A program made the translations under genes and the position numbers. The notes below the pieces were generated by a model. That model was not told the origin of the DNA and did no database searches. It worked only from the letters and a program-made list of their open reading frames with translations. Source: Lama glama (taxonomy: Eukaryota). From it: a stretch of DNA of 64,000 bases. Shown here piece by piece: positions 12,075-25,119 of this stretch; the stretch's first letter is position 1, and each line of letters begins with the position of its first letter. The stretch covers positions 11,968,001 to 12,032,000 of the forward strand of contig CM052816.1 in the NCBI GenBank assembly GCA_028534125.1, in the 5' to 3' direction.

Positions 12075-12455
12075 CGTAAATGCTTCCTACTCAAAGTCAG
12101 CGTGCACACCAGCAGCATTTGCATCACGGGGGAGCTTGTCAGAAATGCATCATCTCAGACTCTATTCCCAGTGGTGTGCTGGTAAATATTTTACAACCAA
12201 CATTTTTAGGGGGTGTGTTTGAAGGGGGTCCTTTGTAGTGTTTGCTGACTTCCACGGTGTAAATCATCCTGCCATGGCATATTACAGGATCCCAGTGTGA
12301 AGTCTGACCACAGACTTAAGCAAGAGGTTAATGGTTGACTCCGTTAAGTAGGTTGGCACCAGCTCCCCACACCACTGCACCTCAGACCTACTGAATCAGA
12401 ATCTTCACACCAACAAATTCTCCGGGCAGTTCACGTGTTTGAGAAGCATGGGTCC
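12075..12455. mobile_element. MER5A (hAT-Charlie), interrupted by MER63
   Basis: Left part accagcagcatttgcatcacgggggagcttgtcagaaatgca; right part cagacctactgaatcagaatct...tttgagaagca. Confidence 0.75.
12169..12377. mobile_element. MER63-type hAT-Blackjack MITE
   Basis: Terminal inverted repeats cagtggtgtg (12169) and cacaccactg (ends 12377); internal ttccacggtgtaaat...ccatggc typical of MER63A. Confidence 0.75.
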
Positions 12456-13289
12456 AGGCCACTGCTTTGTACTGCCTTAAAGTGCAGCTTCCAGTGAGGT
12501 GTTGGCCCTCCTGGGACAGAGCACAGATGCAATCGGCCTCTGATCTCTGGCGCTGCTAAGTGGGGCTGAGTGTAAAGGAAACTGTTTAGGGAAATGATCT
12601 GTGAATCGGAAGATACTTAGCCAGGCACTCTGAGGGAGGCTCGGGAGAATGGAAAAAAACAGCTTTTTACACCATTATGCAAGACTTTTCCTGACAGAGA
12701 AGAGCATGAGTATTGCAAAACATCTGGGCAGCAGACAGTGAGGATCTTTTGTTTCCTCTGCTTTTGCATATACCATTTTGCCATGCCTGAGTGTGTTTGT
12801 CCCGTACGTACAATGGCTAGAAAACATGGCAATAGGAAGGCTTATATTTTGCAGAGCTATATATATGCCTTTTCTCTGAAACTCAAACTGAAAGCAAACA
12901 CATTTTTTCTTGTTTTGCATGAAGAAAAGAGATTTACTTAATTCATATCCTATAAAATACATCCTTAAGAATATATATATATACACATATATATGTATAT
13001 ATATATATATAATGTTTAAATAATATCCTACATTCCCTCTAATGGATGAAAAAAATGCCATGGAGGAGAGGAAATCTGAGAATTACCTAAACTAAAACTC
13101 CCTTACGAGAACTGGGGAAGGCCCAGTGGGTCAGAGAAATGACGAATCTGTCACACGGTCTCGCAGCGAGTGAGCGATGGGGCCAGCGACCACTTCACTG
13201 CTGCTGCTTTGGCTCCACGGTGGCTGGCTGAGCTTACTCATACAGTGCACCCTCTTCCCCAAACAGAACTGTCTCCTGTAGTTTCTTCC

Positions 13290-13600
13290 CCTCTTACCCA
13301 TTCTGATGACTTCAAAGACTACCTATAAAGTGATGAATCCCAAATCAATTGTCTAGCCCAAATCTAGCCCAATTCAACGTGGCTTTCCAGTTTTTTCTTA
13401 AGGCAGCTTTTTCTGGGTTTCCAGAGCACTTACATTTCCCCAACAGAGTACTTACAATACTGTATTTAATTGTTAGTTTGCTGCCTATATATGGCCTGGA
13501 TTCTCAGCTCGTGATAACTGTGGCTAGATTTGGGCCATTGTTTGACCCCTAGCATCTAGCACAATACTCTGCATACAGTAGAATGATCACAAAGTGCTCA
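13290..13600 (+). mobile_element. L2 fragments
   Basis: gatgaatcccaaatc...tctagccca and cccctagcatctagcacaata...catacagtag L2 motifs. Confidence 0.55.
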
Positions 13601-13604
13601 GTGT

Positions 13605-13975
13605 AACAGTGGAGAATTATCAGGAACTCCCCAGAAGGCGGAGCCTGAGGCAAAGGATTATTGCTACTGCTTGGCTAGGGAGTACTGCCCATGGTATAGG
13701 AGTGAGGGTCTGGGGTGATGAAGCAGAGAGAGAGAGAGAGCGAGCTAACACAAAGATGTGTTATGAAGCTGTCACCCAGGAAGTTGTTACACAGGGGCAT
13801 ACTTTATCCACTGGCTTTCTTCTCTCAATGGTTATAGATTTGGCCCACGGAGTTAACACCTCTTCACTTCCAGGTTGTGCTTGGGTGGGTGTCAAGTAGT
13901 TTGATAGATTCTCACACCTCACAGTGCACAGGGAAGCCCTGGGACAGAATGCAGGAAGTGTGCAGAATGATCTAT
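13605..13975 (-). mobile_element. LTR16-like ERVL solo LTR
   Basis: cccagaaggcggagcctgaggcaaagg...tttatccactggct...ggagttaacacctcttcacttccagg matches recalled LTR16. Confidence 0.6.
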
Positions 13976-13999
13976 GAAGTACGGCCCAGGGTTTATTCT

Positions 14000-14870
14000 G
14001 GATCCTCCACTTCCAATGAATTAAGATCACTTTACTAAAATACCTCTAAAATATACCCCTCTTATCTCTTCCTCCACTGCTGTTTTTTTTTTAATTTTAG
14101 ATTCTCTGTTCCTCACTTACGATTATGCCATAATCTCTTACTTGATCTTCCTACCTCCAGTCTTGCCCTACTGCACATTTCTCTGATTCTATCCTTCAAT
14201 GATGCTCCATTCCTGTAAAGATAAGATTTAATCGCATCAACATGACTTACAAGAATTTTCATGATCTGATCTATTGCATTTAACCAGCTGAATCTGTCCA
14301 CATGTCCCCCTCCATCCCTGCACCAGGACTACTGAACTTCAGTCCTATGGAATGTCTTGCAATTCCCTGCTGTGGGGATGCTCCCCACACCCCTGGAGCT
14401 GGCGATACTGCTTCCCTTTCTCGGAACATGGTCTTTGTCCAGTGAGTTTATTCCTATCCTTCAAAACTCAACTCAGGCATTAGAACCTTCAGAAATCCTA
14501 CCCGATGCCTTTGTTCTAGGCCGTGACTCTTGAAGCTCAGTGTATCAGAGTCAGCTGGAGGGCTTACAGACACAGATGGCTGGCCTCCACCCCAGAGTTT
14601 CTGATGCAACAGTCGGTCTGGGGTGGGGCTGGAGAATGTGCATTTCTAACACGTTCCCAGACGATGGTGATGCTGCTAGTTGAGGACCACACTTTGAGAA
14701 CTACAGCTCTGCAAAAACACTTGTACTTTTCTTTTGCATAACGTTTTACACAGCTTACATAGTAGTCTGTTTACTGGTTTCTTTCTCCAATCAATGTGTA
14801 TCCATCAAATTACGCTGTAACCTGGCACGTGGCACTGTGCCTGGCACATAGGTGCTGTGTCCATGGAGGG
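14000..14870 (+). mobile_element. L2 fragments (interrupted by MER5A)
   Basis: ctcttacttgatcttcctacctccagtcttg; tcctatccttcaaaactcaactcaggcat; cctggcacgtggcactgtgcctggcacataggtgct. Confidence 0.6.
14518..14712. mobile_element. MER5A
   Basis: ggtctggggtggggctggagaatgtgcatttctaacacgttcccag...gatgctgct...gaccacactttgagaac. Confidence 0.85.
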
Positions 14871-15029
14871 AAGGACAAAGGGGGAGAAGGAAGAAGGGCA
14901 CTCAGAGCAAAGACTGGAAGATAGAATTAGATGCAGAGCTCTTCAGAGCACATCCCCAGACCAATATGCTTTATTTTTGGCATGAAGTACTATTATACTA
15001 CAAAGTTCGTATACTCTATTGAATAGAGT

Positions 15030-15290
15030 GTAGCCAGTGCAGTGTGGTGACGCCAAGTGTGGGCTCTGGTATCGTGCGGCCTGACTTAACTCCTAGTTCC
15101 ATTATATGGTGTTAGGCCTGTTACTTCATCCCTCTCTAAAATTTACTTTTTACACTCATAAAATAGGAATAATAAAAATGCTATCTAATGGGCTTGTTCT
15201 AATATTTAACTGAGGTAATACGCAGAGGCTTTTTTTTAATAGTGCTTAGCATATCATGAGCACCCAATAAGTGTTAACTGCCATTTTATT
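15030..15290 (+). mobile_element. MIR SINE
   Basis: agtgtgggctctgg...ttacttcatccctct...taaaataggaataataa...gcacccaataagtgttaactg. Confidence 0.7.
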
Positions 15291-16644
15291 ATCCATTCCT
15301 TTAAATACTTAGTTACAAAACGATGTAATTTTAGTGATTTAAATGATCCAAAATACGAGGATCAGCTAAGTTGCTTGTATCTTAGGAATTCTTGTACTTT
15401 GTAGCATTGTAGCATTTATTTAAGACTACACATATTTTTTAATTCAGATGATTGTCATCAAGGTGGAACAGTGGATTCAGGAAGAAACTGATTTTGATTT
15501 CATAAAATGAGCTGTACATTTTCTACTAGAAATTCATTTTTTAAAACACTCACATCACAAAGAGAAAGAAATTCTTCAAAAGGACTCATCTGCTAAAAGA
15601 ATATTTCCATTAAAGTAACTGATGGTTAAAGAGACAGTTTTATCCAAAGATTTCCAAAGATTTCACAGTCATTAACTAAATATCCCTCCAAAATGTCACT
15701 AACATATGCTATGCCAAATTTATGGTTAGAAATGCCTGTCAAATAAAAATGTTCGGAAGCAAAGATTCTGGTGTTCCCATTAGTAGTCTAGGCCAGAAGG
15801 TAAAACGCAATGAAAAGAGGATGAACTTGACACAAATTTTTAGACAGCTGCACTGAGGAGTCACCTGCAGACCTTACAAGCAGATGACCTTTCTTCAGAG
15901 GCCACCAGTGCACAGGAAATCACTTGTAAGCACTTGAATAGTCTTCCCCTTCCTCTTTCTAGTCACTCATTTCATTACTCAGTAAATACTTAGACTCTAA
16001 GATGTTCCAGGCTATGCTAAGCATTTCTCTTGCATTATGTCAATTGATTTTTATACCTATTTATAAAGTGGCTACCATGGACGCTTGTGGGGATTGAGAA
16101 ATGTGCCTGGGTCCCAGAGTGACCGGAGACCTGAGTGTCCCTGATGCCACATACTGGGCTCCAACCAACCCTGTGTGGCCTCCTGGTGTTCTGCACCTTG
16201 GTTTTCTCAGAGCTGGAGATGCGCGGCAGCCAAAGAGGGCTTTGCAAATGGCTGTCTGAACGTGATGTAGAGACAATTCTATGTGCAAGTCATAAAAGTT
16301 TACCTCTGATATTTATTAATGTAATGACATGTATTTTAAATAGTGTATTCTAATAGTAATCTGTTAATTTGGGCTACAGCTTTTCTCCAATCTCATCTTC
16401 CATGGAAGCACCTGATTTAAACTCTGGACATGCATCTCCTTTGCCCTCATTAGGACCAAAGTTTGACCATTCTAACAGTTCCTCAGAGCAAATGATTCTT
16501 AACCTCTGTTTAGACTGCTGCATGCTTCTGACAAAGTGCTTTTGGCATCTGTGTCTGCTGTTAGGGAAATGTTATCTAAGATACACGCATTTAACTGTAT
16601 GGCTTTGATGGCTGTTTTTCTTATTCGCCTTATATTCACCTTAA

Positions 16645-16664
16645 ATCATACATATTATACTAGC

Positions 16665-16695
<31 letters not shown>

Positions 16696-16730
16696 TATAT
16701 TGCATATATTATACTGTGTGTATATATTAA
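16645..16730. repeat. (TA)n-rich simple repeat
   Basis: Directly visible. Confidence 0.85.
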
Positions 16731-17199
16731 TACTTATACATTATAGTAATATAACTTATTGCATAGATCCTCAAAATGTGAAACAATTCTTAAAATGACA
16801 TTCAGTACTTTCAATTACAGAATCATACCTCTGAAGAATAATTACTGAATTCATGTTCTTTTTTTCTTTTCCTTTAAAAAACAAATTCAGTCAATTAACC
16901 TTTATGTACACTCCAAGATAGCATTGATTGAGTCTTAGGCTAAAATGACTTACTCAAAAAGTATTAATTTATTTTCAAAATTAAGTATTTATGAGAATAG
17001 TCTGTAATATGAAAGGCTTGTTAGGGTGCTAATAAAAGCCATCATTTTCTTTTCTGAGAGAGACTTCCTTTTTTGAGTGGTGGACTAAAAATCTTACTGC
17101 CTTATACTTAAGCATATTCAGTAAGCATGTCTTTCAAAGGTAGGCTTTGAAAAGTGATGATGCAAGAGGGTTGACCCTATTTCCATTCTTTTTATCTTA

Positions 17200-17595
17200 C
17201 TGTCTCCTGTGGTGTCTGTTTCATCCTAATACTGGTTCCTGTTCAGCCACAAAGTGGCAGCCAAAGATGCTATGAATAAGGAGAGGTGGAGAGAGGGAAA
17301 AGAGAAGGGGAGTGGGGGAGAGAAGGAAGGAGGGACTGAGAGGCAGAAAGCCAGCCAGTGCTGTTCTTCCAACCACTTAACAAAAGGATTTCATTTAGTC
17401 CAATGGGGCCAACTTAGATTACATGCTAACCTTTGAATCAATCCATGTGACCATAGAAATGTCAAGCGTAAATTGACTTTTGCTGATGACAGTGCACCTC
17501 TGGAGCTGGAGCTGGAGCTGGATAAATCCTCTCCAAACTGCACGGGTATTCCACAGTGAGGGAGGGACGAAATAGATGCTGGTGTGCCCACTACA
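17200..17595 (-). mobile_element. MLT1 (J/K/L-like) MaLR LTR, degenerate
   Basis: ttacatgctaacctttgaatcaatccatgtgacc...cacctctggagctgg...atagatgctggtgtgcccactaca. Confidence 0.45.
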
Positions 17596-19173
17596 TGTTT
17601 CAGTGTAGCAATGTCGCCTTCCTTGGGGATAGTGCATAATAAATCCCAAAGCACCCTCATGCCCATATTGTCATTTTAATTTCCAGAACAGCTCTTGAGT
17701 AATGTGGCAAAAGTAGGATCATTTCCATCTGATGAGGGAGGACACCGAGTTCAGCGTGGTTAAGTTACCTTGAACTCATGTTTACTCTCTTTCAGCTCCA
17801 GGTTCAATAATTTCTGGACACTTGCTTATTTTGTCAAAATGACTAGCTGAAAAGTGAATAATTCAGTCAAACTACACGTTTGTCACCATGTTGTGTAAAG
17901 AGACTTGCAGTTTTGAACTTAAACATTTTTATCCTTTTAAAATGGTAGCAAGTGACAGTAGACAGCGTTACCGGGGGAGATGAAGGGAGAGTGTGAAATC
18001 AGACCTGCCCTGCTTAACGTCTTTGTTTTCCAACAGCCTGTCAGTTAAACAGGGTCACAGACTAATACTCCACTTTCTATTTTTGCCTCAGAAAGTTTGC
18101 TGTCCCCTGTCTACTGCTGTAATTGGGAGCTGTGATGTAATTTTTGTACTCTCCCGAGACATCAATACCAAAGTGCCAGGAGAGCTGGAGTCCATCTAGA
18201 AACTTTCCAGTGCTCAAGGGGAGGGTCCTACCTGACAGTCTGCCAAGAGTGTCAGAAGAATAGAAGATTCTTGAATAAAAACTCAGAAATCTCCAAATCG
18301 GAAGGAAATCCTTCACTGGCAGGCTTGCTCACCTTGCTTCTCCTGACAATGTTTCTTCACTATTTAATATGGATATTGGTGATTATGACAGAAAATGGCT
18401 GGACTCAGAACTATGAAAATATCACAATCAGAGACTATAAAGTTTAATAATAATAAACTCCTAGTGCTGGTCTTAATATATTCCATTGTTTGCTTTCACA
18501 ATGCCATTGGATGCCGTGATGTCAACAAGGTTCCCTATATCTTGTCGGTTTACATATATATGTTTTTTTCGATAGTATCTCAGTGCCCTAAAGAACGTAC
18601 AACCTTATGTGGCATGGACATTGAGAAGGTGCTTCTAGTGGTAGTAACAGACAAAACTAAGGAGAAGCATGTTCATACAATCTACATACCCACAGATAGA
18701 TATTCTTATCTAAAATGGAAAGAAATAGTCATTCATACAATAGAGGTTAAGTTCTGTAACTACTGGGCAAAGCCCTTGGTAAATGCTGAGATGGAGGAAT
18801 GGATCAGACCTACTCATTCATCTTTAAGAAATCAAGCATAGCAGTGGGTCAGATACACAAACAAATAAGAGAATATATTGGACTATAATTAATGATAAAA
18901 GTTTACATAAATTCCAAATCCAGTAGGGAAGAGGGATCTACGTGACCAAGCAAAAGTAACTAGCAAACAGTTGAGTACAGGTAAATGTCAAATATGGGGT
19001 GGTGTTAATAAATAATAGGGATAATCAGGGCAGAGGCTCTCAAAAGGATGCTCTCAGAGAAGATAGGATTTTGTGTGAGATATTTATGAAGGAGAAAACT
19101 CCAGGCAGGCAATAAGTGGGTTCAGTGTATGTGTATTCATGCTGAGATGGATGAGGTTTGTTTGAGGAGAAGT

Positions 19174-19205
19174 GAGGAGGAGGAGGAGGAGGAGGAGGAG
19201 GAGGA
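19174..19205. repeat. (GGA)n microsatellite
   Basis: About 10 perfect GAG units. Confidence 0.95.
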
Positions 19206-20330
19206 AAGAAGGAAGAAGAAAGAAATAAAGAATGAGGCCAAGAATGAGTTGAGACCAACTTGCACTCTGCCTCTAAGAAAAGACTGAGCTCCATCAATCC
19301 CTTGCCGAACTTGCTGTCTGGTGTTCACTAGAAATTCTCTTACTTCCTATAGGTCAGGAGGATAAGAACTCATGCCTACTTACAGTATTTCCAAGGTCTT
19401 CAGCATCATTCTTCTTCCCCGCAACCACACACACACACTCACACTCATCACTCACACTCACATACACACACCATACCCAGGATTACAGCTCCTGTTCTTT
19501 TTGTGGTGAAGATTCATTTTTTTTCCAGCTATGTAGCCAATGTGGAATTTCTCTACTAGTACTTCTGGGTTTCAGATGCAGTATTTCCCTTAGCTGGTAA
19601 CCTCCATGAAGTTTTGCTGCAAATAGGACTTTATTATTACTTTTTCTTTCTACTCTACTTTTCTCCATGTTGCCACATGGTTACTGTAGAATTTACATCA
19701 GTAATCCATTTAGGCCGATGGGTCCTATGGAAAACACAAATCAAGGCAGAGCCACAGCATATCTAATTTGTTGCACACAGCTGGTGTTGGATAGAGAGCT
19801 GTAACAGAGAAGAACTCAACTCCTGTTTTATGCTCTCTTATCAAGGTGATTATCGTGGAGATTGAGAGAAAAAAAGCAAAACAAAGTCTTCATTTAAAAA
19901 AAAACAAGTAAATATGAGTAACAATCACTGAAAGAGATACATTTATAGAATGGTGCTGGTATTTTGAAACTGGTTGTGTCTAAATATAAATCAGCATTTT
20001 GTTCAAAATCTGAACTATTAATAGTAAAATACCTAATCTAAAATTACTCGGTTTTGAAAAAGCTTAAAACACAAAGGCAAAGATGGGGAAGAGTAGAAAA
20101 ACTGGATATTATTTACTTAAAAAAAAGAAAACTTGGGCCCTTTATTATTTTATGAAGTTGAGAATTCCTCCAGGATGAGTTCTCTTAAGTTCTACATGGA
20201 CTCCTTTCAAATTGCCCAAGAGCGTGTGATCTTCTTGAGGACAACATCAGAGTGAGGCTGGTGCACTGCAGCCTCTGTTTACAGTTACCCTCCAAAGATC
20301 AAAAAAACATTCTAAATTCATCCATTTTCT

Positions 20331-21280
20331 TGGCCATACTGCCCAAGGCAATCTACAGATTTAATGCGATCCCTATTAAATTACCCAGGACATTTTCCAC
20401 AGAACTAGAACAAATTATCCTAAAATTTATACAGAATCACAAAAGACCCAGAATTGCCAAAGCAATACTGATGGAAAAGAACGAAGCTGGAGGAATAAAT
20501 CTCCCAGACTTGAGACAATACTACAGAACTACAGTAATCAAAACAGCATGGTATTGGTACAAAAGCAGACATATGGATCAATGGAACAGAATAGAGAGCC
20601 TAGAAATAAATCCACAAACTTTCAGTCAATTAATTTTTGACAAAGGAGGCAGGAACATACAATGGAGTAAAGACAGTCTCTTCAGCAAATGGTTTTGGGA
20701 AAACTGGACAGTTGCATATAAATCAATGAAGTTAGAACACTCCCTGACACTATACACAAAAATAAACTCAAAATGGGTTAAAGACCTAAACATAAGACAA
20801 GACACTATAAGTCTCTTAGAAGAAAACATAGGCAAAATATTATCTGACATAAATCTCAGCAATGTTCTCCTAGGGCAGTCTACCCAAACAATAGAAAAAA
20901 AAGCAAAAGTAAACAAATGGGACCCAGTTAAACTCATAAGCTTTTGTACAGCAAAGGAAACCATAAGCAAAACAAAAAAGACAACCTACAGAGTCAGAGA
21001 AAATATCTGCAAAAGATGCAGCTGACAAGGGTTTAATTTCCAGAATATATAAACAGCTCACACAGCTTGAAAAAAAAAAAACCCCACCAAACAACCCAAT
21101 CTAAAAATGGACAGAAGACCTAAACAAGCAATTCTCCAATGAAGACATACAAATGGCCAGTAGGCATAGGAAAAAATGCTCAATATCACTAATTATCAGA
21201 GAAATGCAAATCAAAACTACAAAGAGGTATCACCTCACACAAGTCAGAATGGCCATCATTCAAAAGTCCACAAACAATAA
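20331..21280 (+). mobile_element. Relatively young 5'-truncated LINE-1 (ORF2 C-terminal part) running into the assembly gap
   Basis: Open for ~215 codons: [18 protein letters not shown]...KTAWYWYK...DQWNRIES...QLIFDKG...WENW...YTKINSKW...FCTAKETI. It then frameshifts and continues as [29 protein letters not shown]. Confidence 0.95.
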
Positions 21281-21780
21281 NNNNNNNNNNNNNNNNNNNN
21301 NNNNNNNNNNNNNNNNNNNNNNNNNNNNNNNNNNNNNNNNNNNNNNNNNNNNNNNNNNNNNNNNNNNNNNNNNNNNNNNNNNNNNNNNNNNNNNNNNNNN
21401 NNNNNNNNNNNNNNNNNNNNNNNNNNNNNNNNNNNNNNNNNNNNNNNNNNNNNNNNNNNNNNNNNNNNNNNNNNNNNNNNNNNNNNNNNNNNNNNNNNNN
21501 NNNNNNNNNNNNNNNNNNNNNNNNNNNNNNNNNNNNNNNNNNNNNNNNNNNNNNNNNNNNNNNNNNNNNNNNNNNNNNNNNNNNNNNNNNNNNNNNNNNN
21601 NNNNNNNNNNNNNNNNNNNNNNNNNNNNNNNNNNNNNNNNNNNNNNNNNNNNNNNNNNNNNNNNNNNNNNNNNNNNNNNNNNNNNNNNNNNNNNNNNNNN
21701 NNNNNNNNNNNNNNNNNNNNNNNNNNNNNNNNNNNNNNNNNNNNNNNNNNNNNNNNNNNNNNNNNNNNNNNNNNNNNNNN
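21281..21780. other. Assembly gap (500 N)
   Basis: Run of n. Confidence 1.
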
Positions 21781-22684
21781 TCTATTACTTTTGTTGAGTA
21801 ATTGAAGAATGGAAGGAATGGCTGTATGTCTTCTACACAAATTAACATGCGTGGTAATACTGCCAAGGAACACTGATTTACCACTTTCCTCTCAGCACTG
21901 ACGTCTCCAGGGAACTTCAGGGGGCCACATGGAATGACCATTCATCCATTTCAGGAAAATGACTCACTCTCCTATCTCTAGAATATTCCAAATGTGTTCT
22001 GGCCTCCATGACTTGGGACAAAGTTCCCCTTCCAGGAATGCCTGAACACCTGTGCTCCTCTGTTTCTGAAACCTCAGCTGTGCATGTTCCACTGTCCTAA
22101 TTCTGCCATGTCTGAATTGCAGCTATGTTCTTAAGACATTTATGTGTGAATATGAGTATTTGACTCACTTAAAAAGACATAAATACCTACCAGAGCTATG
22201 TACTAAGCTTTAATATCAATATAATCACACTGTGTTCACTATAATACCTATATTTTTCTAATATACATTAAAATATGTACAGAACTATTACAATTTTATA
22301 AAGGGCATCTGTGTTTTAACTTAAAATAATATCCTCTACTACCAAAGGTTACCCATGGTACACAGCATCCTACTCCAGCCCACACTGACTCTAGGCTTTT
22401 CTTCCACTTTTCAACTCAAGCCCCACCTTGTATGGGAAGCCTTCCTTCAGCACTCCAGGGCCTAGGGACATGACTTGCAGAGTACCGCCGCTGGTGTTCT
22501 TGCCATTTGAGCCAGCCTGGGCCAGGGAGAAGGATGGAAAGGGATCGGACAGGGTGGCCTGCAGGAGCCTTTACTGCTCAAGAATCTGTCATAGTGATCA
22601 GTAATCAGCAGGCTGTGGCGTCATTGTATTGACCGCAGTGCTCAAACAGATCTGACAAGATCTCTGAAGCTGACATCCTACAGG

Positions 22685-22868
22685 AGTGTTTGTTTACCAC
22701 ACTGGGGTCACAGACCTCTTTTAAGTAATTCTTGAAAAGTAAACTTCCTCCCCCAGAAAGAACACACACGTAGCAAAAAAGTAGGCATATATTTTCAGAG
22801 TGTTTAAGGGGCCCCCTGAGTCCCATGAGTGGAACTCTATTTCCAGGTGTCATGGGCCCCATGTTAGA
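22685..22868. mobile_element. hAT-Charlie MITE (Charlie4z-like)
   Basis: ggggtcacagacctcttttaag...ctcccccagaaagaacacacac...catgggccccatgttagaac. Confidence 0.5.
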
Positions 22869-22930
22869 ACAAAACAAAGCAAAACAAAACAAAACAAACA
22901 AACAAACAAAAACAAGCAACAACAAAAAAC
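22868..22930. repeat. (CAAAA/CAAA)n simple repeat
   Basis: Directly visible. Confidence 0.9.
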
Positions 22931-22939
22931 CCAACCCTG

Positions 22940-23200
22940 TCAAGCAATAAGCATTTGTTAACATCTTACCATATTCCAGGTCTGGTACTCAGTAGTTTAC
23001 AAGCATTATGGCATTATGTCCTTTAATTCTTCTCACAATCCCCTATGCTGCATGCTCTTGGAACCCCCTATTTTATAGCGAGGAGAAAATGAGTCACAGA
23101 GAGGAAGTTCAGTAATTTGCTGAAGGCCAAACTGCTAGGAAGTAATAGAGGCTGATTTTGGACTCGCGCAGTCTGAATCACTCTCTTAACCGTACTCATC
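22940..23200 (-). mobile_element. MIR SINE
   Basis: tttaattcttctcacaatcccctatg...ttttatagcgaggagaaaatgagtcacagagagg...aatttgctgaaggcca. Confidence 0.7.
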
Positions 23201-24049
23201 GCCTTTCTTCACTGTATTTCTTGTCCCTAATCATGCCAAGGGGTGCACAGCACATTCATTCGGTTAGGGAGTATGCTATCAGAAACCTGGGGGATTGACA
23301 ACAGCACCAGATGTTAATGTTACAAATTCTCCCTCCAAGAATGAAAACCATCCATTCTGAGATACACAGGGAATAAAGGCAGATTTGAAAAAGTCCAGGT
23401 GGTAATTAACCCCCTCCCCACTATATTTTACCCAGAGACTTGCTCAGTTTCTCTTTTCTAAGATGAAGTTTAAAAAAAAAGGAGAAAAAAAATCGGCCTT
23501 CATTCCATTTGTAACATAGTCTAATTTTAAGAGATCAGAGGTTAATTAAATTCATTTAAAAACAATTCTTGGGTACCGCCTTAATTAACCTTCCAGGTTT
23601 CCTTGTTATTCTGCTCCTATTCAGTGCTGTCAGTACCCAGGCTGAGGGTTAGGACCCCTCCCCTTGTCAGGGAGGAGGGAGGGAGGGAAATAGCATTTGC
23701 TCCTCGGTTTGATGAGTGGAACTCGTTACTGTCGGACATAAGGCACAAGCAGTCCATCAGAGGAGAACAGCAACTCCAGTGACAGTTACTACATGGCTAG
23801 TGTTCAGAGGCTCCTTAGAAACCAATTTTCATTCTTACAGATTCTGTCCCCAAAATGGGACTTCTCCAGGATTCATAAGCAAGCCTGACCAAAAGCCAAA
23901 GAAAGAGATGAGAAAGAAGAGGAAAAGGCCTCAAGAGAAACAAAGCACAGAACTGGCCCCAAATATCAAGGCAGAAATAAGGCAGCAAGTTATGAGCAGA
24001 GCCCGGGTGTTATTTGCAGTTTCAGAGAGTTGCTGTTCTTGGCTTTTCC

Positions 24050-24061
24050 TGTGACGTCACA
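24050..24061. promoter_or_regulatory. Perfect palindromic CRE (CREB/ATF site) TGTGACGTCACA
   Basis: 12-bp palindrome containing TGACGTCA, in apparently unique sequence. Function is not shown. Confidence 0.35.
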
Positions 24062-24589
24062 AAGTCTGTGAGCATCAGAGGTGTTTGGTTGATGGTCCCC
24101 ACACAGTGGAACCTGACACTGGTTTTCTGAATTGATCACCCTATGCTTACCTGCCTGTTTTCCCTACTTGTTCTAAAATGCTTCCAGACAACGAACTTGA
24201 ATGAGGACTTAGCCTGACCACACAATGGGCCAACAATTCACATGCAAAACTTCAGTGCAGAGAGCCAGGCAATCCTCTGAAAGCATTTATGCTCTTTTGC
24301 AGCGTGGAAGGACATTTTATTCTTTTAAATTTATCAGCAAAGGGTCCTTCTCCAAACTGATCTATGGTTTACCCAAAGAAATGGACATTGAGTAAAATCA
24401 AATTTTTGACGTAACAAACTATAGTGATGGAATCCCTTAAAACCTGGCTTCTAGTTCTCATTTGCCACCAAACCAGCTGTGAGTATTCCTTTCCTTATCT
24501 GCAGTGTGAGCATATTGGATGGCATTTATAGTCCCTACTGGCTCAAAAATTATATGGCTTTATGATTATGGGTAGTTTTGGATCAGCTT

Positions 24590-24760
24590 TGTTCTATTAC
24601 TTTACAACCCTGTGAGCTAGGTATTACCATTTCCTTCATTTACAGAGTAGTAAACTCAGGTTTGAAACATGAAGTAACTTGCCCAAGGGCACCCAGTTAG
24701 TAAATGCAGAAACCAGGATCCTGCCAGCTTACCCAGTAGGCTGTTTCCAAAGTCTTTTCT
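24590..24760 (-). mobile_element. MIR SINE
   Basis: acaaccctgtgagctaggtattacc...tttacagagtagtaaactcagg...aagtaacttgcccaagggcacccagttagtaaatg. Confidence 0.75.
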
Positions 24761-25119
24761 ACTCCCAATCGTCTAGGAGTCAAAGTTGCACGCCTTTCAG
24801 TCAAAAAATTGAAATTTTTCTTTACGTTACTCTAACCATTGGCTAGCCTGGGGGGATTTTAATAAAAAAATAACACTCACAACTTATCTATCTCCTCCAG
24901 CTACTTCTGTTCACAATGGAAAGTGACAGTGGAACAAAGCCAGAGGATGCAGTGAACTCCCAGTGCCTGCTGGGCTTCTCCTCCTGTCTCTGGATAGGAG
25001 AGAACCGAATCAGGAAATGGGAGCACTGCTGTATCACTTATAAACAATTTCAAGGAAATAGCTCTAACTTGGAGAAAAGATGGGTCAAGAAATTAGAATT
25101 TCCTAAAAAATTACCTCAG

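Noticed and set aside
18395..18841. 148-aa ATG-initiated ORF
   Set aside because: No recognisable protein similarity, AT-rich, overlaps degenerate L2-like fragments, and has no splice or promoter support.
20252..21025. 257-aa ORF as a host gene
   Set aside because: It is L1 ORF2 with a non-L1 leader, a GTG start and a frameshifted end.
21153..21941. Three long ORFs (205-250 aa) in the ORF track
   Set aside because: Artefacts of reading through the 500-N gap.
24145..24285. Minus-strand exon ending at CAG/GTAAGC
   Set aside because: Weak acceptor, and the single open frame resembles no protein I recognise. It is kept only as part of the candidate regulatory block.
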